Source: Malacoraja senta
Taxonomy: Eukaryota
DNA: 64,000 bases
Assembly (NCBI GenBank): GCA_038087875.1
Contig: CM075978.1
Span: forward strand, 39,804,001 to 39,868,000
Direction of reading: 5' to 3'
The notes below the pieces were generated by a model. The model saw only the letters and a program-made list of their open reading frames with translations. It did no database searches and was not told where the DNA came from. Positions 12,116-24,120 of this stretch are shown piece by piece (the first letter of the stretch is position 1; the number at the start of each line of letters is the position of its first letter). A program made the position numbers and the translations under genes.

Positions 12116-13759
12116 CCTCTCTTTAGTTTGGTTCATCCAATTCTTCTACCAAACATTGTTGATTTTTTTTCTTTCACTTTTCTCAATGGTTTAAGAAAAG
12201 AAAAATGGTAATAATGTAATGCAACGTTTAATATAATTTGGGATTCATTTTCATTCCATGAGAAAATTATTTTTTGGAATCTAGTTGACCTAAATTGCCT
12301 CAGGTGTTTTACTAGATTTAGGCCATTAATTATCAAACCATTTATTTTCGAGCCATCCAGATATTTATATTTTCTTTCATCTGCCAACACTTGGAAAGCA
12401 TTAATATTGTCCCATTATGAATCTGCTATGATTAAACTATTCAGGTTGCACAATGATCCATGTTGACATTTGACTTAAAGGAAAACCAGTTTGGTGGACC
12501 AAATGAACTGGAACATTTTTTTCATGTCATTTCTTTTTCTGTTATTTTTGTTTATTTTTGACTCATTTTATCAAAGCTTTTTTTTTAGAATTTATTTATC
12601 TTTCTTCTATCGATGTGCAAAATACAGACGTATGGAATGGCCTACTTTCTGTTATTTGTTTCCATATCTACATAGCTAGTAGACTGTACATTAATTATTT
12701 TGGTGATTGTGCAAAATTACTTTTTCTACCAAAGTATAACAGGAGGTGATGAGGTTTTACGATTAAAATAGAATCACTGGACAATAGGCAACAGGAAGAA
12801 GGAAATAGACTTAACAATTCACAGAACTTTTCTTGTTAAATGCATAGAATTTGCCTGTAACTAAAAGTTAGTTTCCTCCCTGGTTAGTTATTCAATTGAA
12901 AACCATTACCTAGATAATTGGTCTGGATTTCACATGAAGTACATTGTGTATTTAACCATCAGTTACATCCTCAATCTATGCTTCATTAATCCAAAAGCAA
13001 GATCATTCTTAGAATGTTAACTCTCCATAGATGTTGCCTGACCTGCTGTGTGTTTCTGTACTTTCTATTATTATTACAAATGTTATTACTACATGCTCAT
13101 CTTTTACAAATGCATATCCTACAGTAATAAATATTACATTTTATTTTGCATACAGGAAATGCATTCCAGAATGCATTTATTGCAAGCATTAAGTTCATAC
13201 CAACTGCAAGTTGCGTATTATTAGCAACTGAATGTTATGCTTTTACTTTTTATAATTAATGAGGTAATAAACAAAAGTTAAGACAAAAAATAATTATTTG
13301 TTTAAGTACTCTGATTACTCGTTAATTTTGTGTCATATCTGCACTTCCTAACTAAATGCTTATTTTAACCAGCTAATCTTATCTAAGGCCTTCTTCTCTG
13401 TCACTTTCTACCTGTCATTTGGTTTTCCAGTATTATATTGAAATTGGCTTTCATTTTGTTTTTAATTTTAACTTCCCTGGTTACCATGGTGAAATTTGAA
13501 TTTGTGTGTCTGAATTATTTAATCAGGCCACTGGTTTACTGCTCTTATTAATGTAATTACTATGGTGCAGTACCTAAAGTAATAATTCAGCCAGTATTTG
13601 TCTTTCAGTTATAGCACAAAATCATAGCAACTAGTAAAGAAAAAGGAGCACATGAGACGTTGTTTTTTTTTAAATTACTCAATTTTGAAGGGAAGAGAAG
13701 GAAACTATATAAAATGTGTAGGAGGATACTTGTGTTAAGTTAGAATTACATTATGTAAC

Positions 13760-14186
13760 GATAAATATAAATTTGGTGCAAAAGACCTAGTATCATAAAA
13801 GCATGATCCTATTGTGAGCATGGAGCATCATTTGCCACTTTTACATGGGAATATCAGAAATAACCTTTGGCTTTATTCATGAGGTATTAAATATCCATTT
13901 AAATTATTTGTAAGCTACTGTTCCCTGATTATCATGACATGTTTGCCCTTCATGTTAATTCAGGCTAACTTGAACAAAATAAGTATTTGCATATAATAAC
14001 TTGTATGTTTAAAACATTATGCATAAATTAATAGCAAAATGGTGATTGTAATATTAATCAAGCAATTAATGTATTCACTTTGTCAAATATATGTAGAAGG
14101 AAAGGAAGTGTGACTTGAAATCTGGGATTAGAGAACAAGACAAGACCTAGCAGGGCCTGGAGCTGGAATGCAAATTATGGGATTTG
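13760..14186 (+). repeat. Locally duplicated non-coding segment, copy 1
   Basis: Colinear with 17497-17932; includes a 37-bp identical block (14110-14146 = 17856-17892). Confidence 0.9.
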
Positions 14187-14204
14187 ATGGTACCGTGAAT
14201 GATG

Positions 14205-14430
14205 TTGACAGGTTGTTATGTGGGGAGGATGTTTCCTCTTGTGGTAGAACCAGAGATTGGGATTACCTGTTTAAAAACAAGTGATTGCCCACTTAAGAAA
14301 GATATTAGGCAAAATATTTGATGTCAAAGGGTTGATAGTGTTCGAACACCTTCTCAAAGGCCATTGAATACAAAGGCCTTGCATATTTTAAGATGGAGTT
14401 ACATAGATTCTTGAGGAGCAGGCTGATGAA
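14205..14430 (+). mobile_element. Old CR1 3' fragment
   Basis: Degenerate GAGGATGTTTCCTCTTGTGG..AGAACCAG and ATAGATTCTTG motifs. Confidence 0.55.
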
Positions 14431-14451
14431 ATCTTAGACTGCTAATATTTT

Positions 14452-14925
14452 GTTTAGTTCATTGTCACGTGTACCGAGGTACAGTGAAAATCTTTTGTTG
14501 TGTGCTACCAGTCAGCGGAAAGACTACACATGATTACTATCCTGTACAGATACAGGATAAAGGGAATAACGAAGAGTGCAAGATAAAGCCCTGTAATGTC
14601 CAATGAAAGAGTCCACAGGTCTCCAATGAGGTAGATGGTAGCTCAGGACCACTCTCTACTTGCTGATAGGATGGTTCACTTGTCTGATAACAGCTGGGAA
14701 GAAACTGTTGCTGAATCTGGAGGTATGCGCTCTCATACTTCTGTACCTCTTGCCTGATGGGAGAGGGGAGAAGAGGGAATGACTGGGGTGAGACTGCTCC
14801 TTGATTATGCTGGTGGCCTTGCCGAGGCAGTGTGAAGTGTAGATGGAATCAATGGAAGGGAGGTTGGTTTGTGTGATCATCTGGGCTGCGTCCACAATTT
14901 CTTCTTGTCGTGTTCCCAAACCATA
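14452..14925 (-). mobile_element. Rex1/Babar-type LINE 3' fragment
   Basis: ORF 14656-14919: SHPSHSLFSPLPSGKRYRS..SRFSNSFFPAVIR. Confidence 0.85.
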
Positions 14926-15247
14926 CTGTGTGAAACCATGTGAATCTGAATGTACAATTGCATCTTATTGTTCGGCAGAGCAGTCTTGAGATGCCTAGTG
15001 GCCACCTGCTAAATTGTTTGTTCATATGTTACGCTATATTTTTAAATCATGCCGTGGGAAGTAGAATGCAAGAGATTCAAGAATCTTTGGTATAGGATTT
15101 GGATGAATTTCAGTAGCGGATGCAGTATTCCCCAAAAATAATACTTTAACTCACCGTGCACCATCACTATTTTCTCATTAATTTATGGCAATTGCACGGA
15201 GATTAATTGTTGAATAAGAGTAAAAATGCTCAACTGGTAAACGGACC

Positions 15248-15387
15248 AGTCTGAAGAAGGATCTCGGCGTCTCAAGAAGGATCTTGACGTCACCTATCCA
15301 TGTTCTCCAGAGATGCTGCCTGACCTACTGAGTTACTCCAGCACTTTGTGTCCTTTTATGTATTAACCAACAATTCTTTGTTTCTGT
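15248..15387 (+). mobile_element. PLE terminal fragment with rearranged hammerhead
   Basis: GTCTGAAGAAGGATCTC.. partly duplicated; family tail; AC(G/T)GACCA on both flanks. Confidence 0.7.
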
Positions 15388-15844
15388 ACTGACCAAAAAA
15401 TACGCTATATATAATAGATAATGTACGGATGGCAGATAGGAGACTACTATAATGTCTGATCTGGAATCTAGGGAAATCCTAGTGCCTGGAGCTGGTAATA
15501 AATTTCTGCGTTTCTACTGCCGATATCTACCCACACCTCCAATGATGCCTACTCATCAAATCAACCAGAAAAGGCCATTAACAATCTCAAAATAGTTTAT
15601 TATTAACTGTTAACAGCCAAGCTCTTCCTGATAATTCCACATGACATACGTACCTCTTCTTCATTCTTGGTTTACAAGAAGATTCCAACATGTTTATCAC
15701 AAATGGTCTCAAAACATAGCATGTGGACGAGTTCAAGGAATCAACTCTAGGGAAGATCATCATATTAAACTTTAAAATGTTGCAATTTATATTAAGAAAA
15801 CTGTAAAATAGCTTTTTAATAACCCTTTTCTAGAAGTTATTCAA

Positions 15845-16045
15845 TGTAGGTTTAAGCTGAGGGGGTAGATTTAATGAAAATCCAAGGGGCAACTTTTTCA
15901 CACAAATGGTGGTGGGTACATGGAACACGCTGCCAGAGGAGATAGTTGGGGCAGGTACTCTAGCAATATTTAAAATAGGTACATGTGTAGGAAAGGTTTG
16001 GAAGGAAATGGGGCTGTTGGGGCTGTTTGAGTGCTGCATGACTCA
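15845..16045 (+). mobile_element. CR1 3' fragment
   Basis: TTTTTCACACA..GTGGTGGGTACATGGAACACGCTGCCAGAGGAG motif. Confidence 0.7.
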
Positions 16046-16440
16046 ATTACTCTAGGTTATGTAATTTGCAACTTTTTGTTGGTCACCTGTTGCTAGTTTT
16101 CTAGTTTGGCAAGCTTGCAGAAATATGGCACATAAAACAACATTTCCTTGGCATGTGCTGTGATGGTGTGTTTTAGGGAGAAGCTGCCAAAATAATGCCT
16201 CAATGTCATTGAGTACTGGAAACATTGGAAACACCCATGAGATTAGGAGGCATCTGTGGAAGAGAAAGAGTTAACATTTATGATGTTAGAACCCTTTATC
16301 TAATAATCTAATATATATATTATATAATGAATATATCTAATAATGGGTCCTGGACCTTAAACATTATGCTTCCTGAAAAGTAAGAGGAAGACCTTTTTAT
16401 TCACAGGCATATTCATTCCTGTCAGTCCTATGAAGTGCTT

Positions 16441-16665
16441 TCAGTATGGAAACAAGCCCTTCGGCCCACCGAGTCCACGGCAACTATTGATCACCCGTTC
16501 ACACTAGTTCTGTGTTATCCTACTTTCTCATCCACTTCCTACACACTAGGTGCAATTAGACAGAGGGCCAATTAACCTACAAACCCATATGTCTTTGGCA
16601 TGTGGGGTGAAACCGGAGCACCTGGAGGAAACCCACATGGTCATAGGGAAAACCTGTAAACTCCA
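16441..16665 (-). mobile_element. V-SINE, 5'-truncated
   Basis: Core and tail in reverse. Confidence 0.8.
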
Positions 16666-16956
16666 TTATTGAGTAGTATTATTGTGTGGCTCACATTGAG
16701 TAGGTAGAGATAGATAATCCTAATTACTGCCCAGGTGTACGAAGGAAGATATGAAATAGAAAAGTGATGAAATAGATAAGGCTTGTACTGTGAAGTAAAT
16801 AAGAATATTTCCTAGTCTACAAGATCATGATTTAATGTTTCTTTCTATTTACTAGCTACAACCAGATTGTTCCAACCTGCCAAATGCCGCAGTTGGATTT
16901 GAAGGAGGATGCTTTTGCATTCTTAATTTAGGATTCTAATATTTCATTTATGTAAT

Positions 16957-17480
16957 AGAGTCACTGAAACAGTCTCTTTGGCCCAACTTCCCCAGGCCGA
17001 CCAAGATGGCTCATCTACACTAGTCCCACCTGCCTGCGTTTGGCCCAAACCTTTCATATCCATGTACCTGTCCACATGCTTTTTTAATGTTGTCATAGTA
17101 CTTGCTCGACTACCTCCTCTGGCAGCTCATTCCATATACCAACCAACCTCTGTGTGAAAACAAGTTACCCCTCAGATTCCTATTCAATCTTTCACCTCTC
17201 AGCTTAAACCTACATCCCCTGTTTCTCGATTCCCCCACTCTAGGTAAAAAAAACTCTGTGCATTTACCATATCTATTCCCAGCATGATCTTATACGCCTC
17301 TATAAGATCACACCTAATCCTCCAATGCTCCAAGGAATAAAGTTCTGGCCTGCCCAACCTCTTTTCCATAGCTCAGACCCTCAAGTCCTGACAGCATCCT
17401 CACAAATCTTCTCTGTACGCTTTACAGATTAACAACATCCTTTTTATAGCAGGGTGGTCAAAACTGAATACAATACTTCA
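16957..17480 (-). mobile_element. CR1 3' fragment
   Basis: Reverse strand carries the CR1 RT C-terminus and 3' UTR. Confidence 0.85.
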
Positions 17481-17496
17481 TATAAAATGATTAATG

Positions 17497-17932
17497 GTAA
17501 ATATAAATTTGGAGCAAACAACTTATTTTTTAAATAAAATTATAAAAAACATAAAAATGGCGTAATCATGGAGTCATAATGTGTCACTTCCACACAGGAC
17601 TATCAAAAAGAAAGCTCTCTTTATTCATGAAGATTTTAAATATGCATTTAAACTATTTCTCAGCTACTGTTCTCTAATTATAATGACTTGTTTGCCCTTC
17701 ATGTTAATTTATGCTTATTTGAACCAAAGAAGTCTTTGCATATAATGACTTGTATGTTTAAATCATTATGCGCAAATTAATAGCAACATGGTGACAGTAA
17801 GATGAATGAAGCAATTAATGTGTTCACTCTGTCAAATTTGTGCAGAAGGAAGTGAGTGACTTGAAATCTGGGATTAGAGAACAAGACAAGACTGAGCAAG
17901 GTCTGGAACTGGAGTGCTGTTTATGGGATTTG
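17497..17932 (+). repeat. Locally duplicated non-coding segment, copy 2
   Basis: Colinear with 13760-14186. Confidence 0.9.
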
Positions 17933-18035
17933 CAGGATTTCTAGAGTTAAGTTTTGCAGGACACCTATCAGGAAAATGAGAACAGGATAACTTGAATTGA
18001 AAGGCAGAGTAAGATTATATCAGACACAAAAACAG

Positions 18036-18330
18036 AGGGGGTGGTGGAGCTGCTGCCTTACAGCACCAGAGGCCCGGGTTTGAGCCTGACCTCGGGTGCT
18101 GTCTGTATGGAGTTTGTACGCTCTCCCTGTGACTGCGTGGGTTTTATCCGGTTGCACCGGTTTCCTTCAACACTGCAAAGATGTACAGCTTTGTAGGTTA
18201 ATTAGTTTTAGTAAAAACAATTGTGAATTGCCCCTAGTGTGTAGGATAGAGCTATTGTACAGGGTGATTGCTGGTCGGCAAGGACTCGGAGGGCCGAAAG
18301 GCCTGTTTCTGCGTTGTATCTCAAGTCTGA
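18036..18330 (+). mobile_element. V-SINE
   Basis: Head, core and tail motifs. Confidence 0.85.
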
Positions 18331-19302
18331 ATGTAAATGGGAAATGCAGGATTATGAGTGGAAATTGCAATCAGCTCAGTTATAAACCCCATTATGAGAG
18401 CAGCATGTGAGGGCATTCGTTCACTGTCCCCAGGGGTCCCCTACAGTATTCTTTCACCAGGGCATCTTGTCCAAAAATCTGTATGCCCTCTTTCGCGGTC
18501 CTTGAGTTGATCTGTAACCTCCTGCTCTCTATCAACCTTTGAACTCCATGCATTCATAGGATTCCCCAAATAATGGACCGTGAAAATAGCATTTAATATA
18601 AATCTGTAAATGTGTAGGTTGGCAAAACAAATTCAAATGATGATAATCCACGGTGGGGATTAAAATTGTGAACTACGCCAGTCTTCGACCAGGTGTGCTT
18701 TATTAGCACGGCAACCATCTGACATCTTTCTCACCCTTTCTCTCTTTCATTCTCATCTGAAATCCAAAGAAAATCTGCTTTGTAATTCCACTGCGGTAGT
18801 GATTTAAGAGATTATAACACAAATTGTTCATAAATGAAAATCATTGGTTGGAAATCTTGTTGTAGCCTGGCAGTGGCTGGCTATAGACTGCTGCTTTTAT
18901 AAGCTGTTGAAACATTTCATGATCTATCACTGTAGCACAAAGTAATGAATTACTGTTTTTTGGGCCATCGTAGGCATAAAACAAATTGAATGTGTTCCAA
19001 AATTTATAATTTGTTGAGTTTGTTTTTAGCAAAACGTTGAACCAGTGCAATTTTTTATGTGTTATGTGATAAATGTGAAATGGAAAATCAATTGCTAAAA
19101 GCCTATCGAAGGCAGCAGCCATCATGCATCGCGCTTTTGATGTAGCTGCTGGAATACTTAAGTGTGTATACTGCCAGGGAAACTGTGGCCGTGAATAACA
19201 GGAGCAGGTGACAATGGGTACAGGAAGGCCATTTCCAGCATGTTTAGTAATTTGGTTATCGTCTGGACAAGCATGAAATATATTGAATAAATCTATATAT
19301 GC

Positions 19303-19690
19303 TGTGGCATGCTGGCGCAGCGGTAGAGTTACTGCCTCACAGGGGCCTGGGTTCGATCCTGACTATGGGTGCTGTCTGTATGGAGTTTGTACATTCTCCA
19401 AGTGACTGCGTGGATTTTCTCTGGGTTCTCCAGTTTCCTCAAACACTCCAAAGACTCCACACTCCACATTTGTAGGTTAAGTGGATTCGATAAAGATTGT
19501 AAAATTGTCCCTAGTGAGTAGGATAGACTTAGTGTATGGGAATCGCTGGTGGGCCAAAGGGCCTATTTCAAGTTCAAGTGAGTTTATTGTCATGTGTCCC
19601 AGGTAGGACAATGAAATTCTTGCTTTGCTTCAGCACAACAGAACATAGTAGGCATTGACTAAGCTGCATCTCTAAACCAAACTAAATTAA
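19303..19690 (+). mobile_element. V-SINE with a minus-strand Rex1 tail inserted at ~19568-19660
   Basis: SINE tail is split by TCAAGTTCAAGTGAGTTTATTGTC..., the same sequence as at 49818. Confidence 0.8.
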
Positions 19691-19726
19691 ATTATCACAT
19701 TGGTTCAGAAGCCTCCAGTGTTACAT

Positions 19727-19943
19727 TTACTTAAGTTTAACTTAGAGGTACAGCTCCGAAACATGCCCTTCGGCCCACTGAGTCCGTGCTGACCAGCGAT
19801 CACCCCGTACACGAGCACTATCCTACACACTAGGGACAATTTTACAATTATCGAATTACCAAAGCCAATTAACCTACAAACCCACACGTATTTGGAGCGT
19901 GGGAGGAAACCGGAGTACCCAGAGGAAACCCACACGGTCACAG
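19727..19943 (-). mobile_element. V-SINE, 5'-truncated
   Basis: Core and tail in reverse. Confidence 0.85.
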
Positions 19944-19944
19944 G

Positions 19945-20128
19945 TGCTTGGGCACAAAGTGCATAGATGATGTTTTGGCTCGGGGCCCCTTATTCAGACC
20001 CCCCTTGTGTCTGAAGAAAGGACTCGATCCGAAACATCACCTTTTAGTGTTCTCCAGGCATTTTGCCTGACTCGCTCAGTTACTCCAACACTTTTGTGAA
20101 CTGGTATCTGCAATTCCTTGTTTTTACA
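19945..20128. mobile_element. Head-to-head PLE hammerhead fragments
   Basis: CCCTTATTCAGAC (minus) followed by GTCTGAAGAAAGGACTCGATCCGAAACATC (plus). Confidence 0.7.
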
Positions 20129-20424
20129 TTACTTGGGACTGGAGAAAAGATATCTAGCTATGCACATTCATGCCCTGAGGCCCACCTCTAAAGGCACTGC
20201 GTCTCATCATATCGGAGATCATTATTGCCTACATTCATCTCCACCAGAGGCTCAATGACTCACAGCTCCCATTGAGCATTTCAGCTTTTAAATCTGCCAA
20301 CATTGCATACGAATGTAATTGCTAATTTTCCCTGAGACCTGTGACATAATCTCACAGAAAACCAGAGGTTCCTGTTGTACTGGATGAATCCTTGCATGAT
20401 GTGCAAGGTGGTCCAGTAGCTCAA

Positions 20425-20860
20425 TGTTTGTTTATTATTTTCACGTGCACCAAGGTACAGTGAAAAGCTTTTGTTTGCTTGCTATCCAGTCAAAAACAAA
20501 ACTGTGAATACAATCCACAGTGCACAGATAAAGGTTACAACATTTAATCCAAAAAAAACCACCTTAAATTCTGATTAAAGATAATTCAAAGGTCTAAAAT
20601 GAGGTGAATGAGAGGTCAGGACCATACTCCAGTTGATAAGTGGACGGTTCAATTGCCTGATAACAGCTGGAAAGAAACTGTCCTTCAATCTGGAGGTGTG
20701 TGTTTTTAAACTTCTGTATCTCTTGCCTGATTGGAGAGGTGAGACAGGTCCTTGATTATGCTGGTGGCCTTGCCGAGGACGCGTAAAGCGTAGATGGAGT
20801 CCACGGAAGGGAGGTTAGTTTGTGTGTTAGTCTGAAACTGGAGGTATGTGTTTTCAAACC
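20425..20860 (-). mobile_element. Rex1/Babar-type LINE 3' fragment
   Basis: GGTACAGTGAAAAGCTTTTG and GCCTGATAACAGCTGG motifs. Confidence 0.75.
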
Positions 20861-21231
20861 GCCACAGGTCCCTTTTGCAAAACCATGGTTTTGACTTGGA
20901 CTGAAGAATTTTTCAAGTGAATATATGACATAAAATAACAGAAAATAACTATTCCTATCAATCTCGACAAGGTCCTTGTCCATTGTGACAATGCGGTGGA
21001 AGTCAAAATGTAAGTGCTTGTTTTATGACAGAAATTGACATTGAAATGTTGCCGTTGTTGACAGTGACAATTCCCCAATGGAATTTAATGTGTCACTTGA
21101 GTTTTACTCTCAAGCTCTTAAGTATCGATTCGGTGGACCTTTTCCAGTATAAGAGTCCAGATGGTGAGATTTTCCTTGTCAGTTCAGCGATTATTGCAAA
21201 AGATTATGGCATTTACTGGGAAACTAATTTC

Positions 21232-21620
21232 TTACAAAGGAATAGATCAAGTACACGGCACGGACTTGAAGGGCCGAGATGGCCTGTTTCCGTGCTGTTA
21301 TGGTTATATGGTTATATGGTTACACGCACAGAGTCTCTTGTCCAGAGTAGGGGAATCGAGAACCAGAGGACATAGGTTTAAGGTGAAGGAAAAAAGATTT
21401 AATAGGAATCTGAGGGGTGATTTTTTCACACAATGGAAAGAGCTGCCAGAGGAGGTAGTTGAGGCAGGGAAGATCGGAACGATTGGACAGGTATGAGGAT
21501 TGGACAAGTTTAGAGGGATATGGGCCAAACGTAGGCATATATGCCAAGTGTAGATGGGACATGTGGTCAGTGCGGGAAAGTTGAGCCAAATGGCATGTTT
21601 CCACGCTGTATGACTATTTG
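21232..21620 (+). mobile_element. CR1 3' fragment containing a nested CR1 tail-only insert (21258-21320)
   Basis: QSLLSRVGESRTRGHRFKV..; the insert ends in (TTATATGG)n and is flanked by TACACG. Confidence 0.75.
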
Positions 21621-21877
21621 ACTTAATCATATAGAAAATCTTAGCTCATGGTAGATCAGCTGTGAGCTGCTCTGAATAATGGAGTTGACGGAATTGAGCT
21701 CTACTTATTTGCCCTTTATATGCAGCTCCATGGAAAATGTTTGCAGCGTGTTAATTTGGAAACTACAGTCGGTGTATCCGACCGTCAAATTGGCAAATAA
21801 CTGATACATTTACACTACATCATTTAGCCTTGCATATGTAGAATATTTTCATACTGAGGGATTACATTATAAATTGC

Positions 21878-22390
21878 TGCTATTGAGGGAGTGCAGCGTA
21901 GGTTTACAAGGTTAATTCCCGGGAAGGCGGGACTGTCATATGCTGAGAGAATGGAGCAGCTGGGCTTGTACACTCTGGAGTTTAGAAGGATGAGAGGGCA
22001 TCTCATTGAAACATATAAGATTGTTAAGGGCTTGGACACGCTAGAGGCAGGAAACATGTTCCCGATGATGGGGGAGTCCAGAACCAGGGGCCACAGTTTA
22101 AGAATAAGGAGTAAGCCATTTAGAACGGAGACGAGGAAACACTTTTTCTCACAGAGAGTGGTGAGTCTGTGGAATTCTCTGCCTCAGAGGGCGGTGGAGG
22201 CAGGTTCTCTGGATGCTTTCAAGAGAGAGTTAGATAGGGCTCTTAAAAATAGCAGAGTCAGGGAATATGGGGAGAAGGCATGAACGGGGTACTGATTGGG
22301 GATGATCAGCCATGATCACATTGAATGGCGGTGCTGGCTCGAAGGGCCAAATGGCCTACTCCTGCACCTATTGTCTATTGTCTATTGTCT
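21878..22390 (+). mobile_element. CR1 subfamily B 3' fragment (young)
   Basis: ORF 21891-22283 is nearly identical to 11366-12028; (TTGTCTA)3 tail. Confidence 0.95.
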
Positions 22391-22580
22391 AAATGAACAA
22401 TGCTTAACATGTGATCCGTTCCAACATAGATGTTAAGTGGAGTTAAAATTTAACTTTCTTTTAAGTTTGGAGTTACATTAAAATCCACATCATTTGCTCC
22501 TAGTTGGATTGCAATTCTATTTTCATTGTACATGTTAATTGAAGTCAAAAATTGTGCACAGGAACGCAGTCTCCAACTTG

Positions 22581-22712
22581 ACAGTCTGAAGAAGGGTACC
22601 GACCCAAAACGTCACCCATCTTTTTTCTCCAGACATGCTGCCTGACCCTCTGAATTACTCCAACACACTGTATCTATCTTTGGTATGAACCAGCATCTGC
22701 AGTTTCTTTGTT
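22581..22712 (+). mobile_element. PLE hammerhead mini-insert
   Basis: CTGAAGAAGGGTACCGACCCAAAACGTC; TSD TCTCCAACTTG at 22570-22580 and 22713-22723. Confidence 0.85.
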
Positions 22713-22892
22713 TCTCCAACTTGTAATGTTTTGGCAGTTTTACCAGGCCTCTATACTTTGCTGTAATAATCCTCTCGAGGGAACCTTAAGGAAGGTGCTG
22801 ATCTTGAACTGGCACTGTGTAACTCAGTATTAATTGTAAACATGTGGCGTTAGGCTGCAGATATAATCATTCTGTAAAAGACCGAAGTAAAA

Positions 22893-23126
22893 TTAGTTTA
22901 GAGATACAGTGTGGAAACAAGCCCTTCGGCCCACTGAATCCACGCCGACCGACAATCACCCGTACACTAATTCAATCCTACGCTCTAGGGGACAATTTAC
23001 AGAAGCCAATTGAGCTACAAACCTGCACATCTTTGGAATGTTGGAGGAAACCGGAGCACCTGGAGGAAATCTACGTGGTCACAGGTAGAACGTACAAACT
23101 CTGTAAAGAGAGCACCCGTATTCAGG
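22893..23126 (-). mobile_element. V-SINE
   Basis: Core and tail in reverse. Confidence 0.85.
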
Positions 23127-23344
23127 ATGTATACAATATGATACAAATATGATACATGTATACAGTAGCGATGGCTTTAAACAGATTTCAGTGTGGAAAT
23201 TATGCAGGTATCTTTTACCACTCTTAATAATTACAGAGGCCAATTGAATCCAAACTTACTTTTATGATTAAATTGGCAGGACATCCTGAAGGGAAATGGT
23301 GAACAGCTGGTGAGTGTACCACAGTAAAAGAGACAGCGTTTGTA

Positions 23345-23600
23345 AATGAATTTAGGGAGTCAAGTAGGTTAAATAGCGGGATTTCTAAGGTTGTAATCTC
23401 TGGATTACTTCCAGTGCCACACACCCCAGAGAATAGGAAGATAGGTCAGATGAATGTGTGGCTAAACGGATGGTGCAGGAGGGAGGGCTTTCGATTTTTG
23501 GATCATTGGGATTGTTTCTGGGGCCCAGGTGCAACTGATATGGGCAGAAAGGGCTCCATCTGAACTGGAATGGGTCAAATTCAGGGAGATGTCTAAACTG
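23345..23600 (+). mobile_element. CR1 ORF1 relic (SGNH esterase-like domain)
   Basis: Translates KVVISGLLPVP..NRKIGQMNVWLNGWCRREGFRFLDHWDCFWG..GLHLNWNG, typical of the CR1 ORF1 esterase. Confidence 0.75.
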
Positions 23601-23721
23601 GTTTTGCAGAGGAATGGGACTCAGAGGGAAGTTGCAGTCAAATGGAAAGGAAAATTTAGGTCATAGATATATTAAAGGATATGGGTTTAAGGTGAAGGGT
23701 GGAAAGATTTAATAGGAATCA

Positions 23722-24000
23722 AGATGCCCCATCTACACTAGTACCACCTGCCCGTGTTTGGCCCATATCCCTCCAAACCTTTCCTATCCATGTACTTGTC
23801 TAACTGTCTTTTAAACATTATGATAGTACATGCCTCTACAACCTCCTCTGGAAGCTCATTCCATACACCTACCACCCTTTGTGCATATCCTCTAGTTCTT
23901 GATTTCCCTACTCTGGGTAAAATAATCTGTGCATTCACCCTATCTATTCCTCGCATGATCTTATACACCTCTATAAGATCACCCCTCATCCTCCTGCGTC
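23722..24000 (-). mobile_element. CR1 3' fragment (a short plus-strand piece lies at 23670-23721)
   Basis: ORF 23738-23989: MRGDLIEVYKIMRGIDRV..VGVWNELPEEVVEA. Confidence 0.85.
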
Positions 24001-24004
24001 GTGT

Positions 24005-24120
24005 GTGAAAAGAGAACGGTCCCTACAAAATGCTGAAAGATGTGGGGAAGATGTGTCTGATGGTGGAATGCCTTTGAAAATGGCATGTATTGCAGAAATG
24101 ATCTGTTGAATGCGGAGTCG
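24005..24120 (-). mobile_element. PLE coding relic (linker between RT and GIY-YIG)
   Basis: Reverse strand resembles LRIQQII..FQRH.T.RHIFP..SAF.RD.S of PLE ORFs. Confidence 0.5.
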
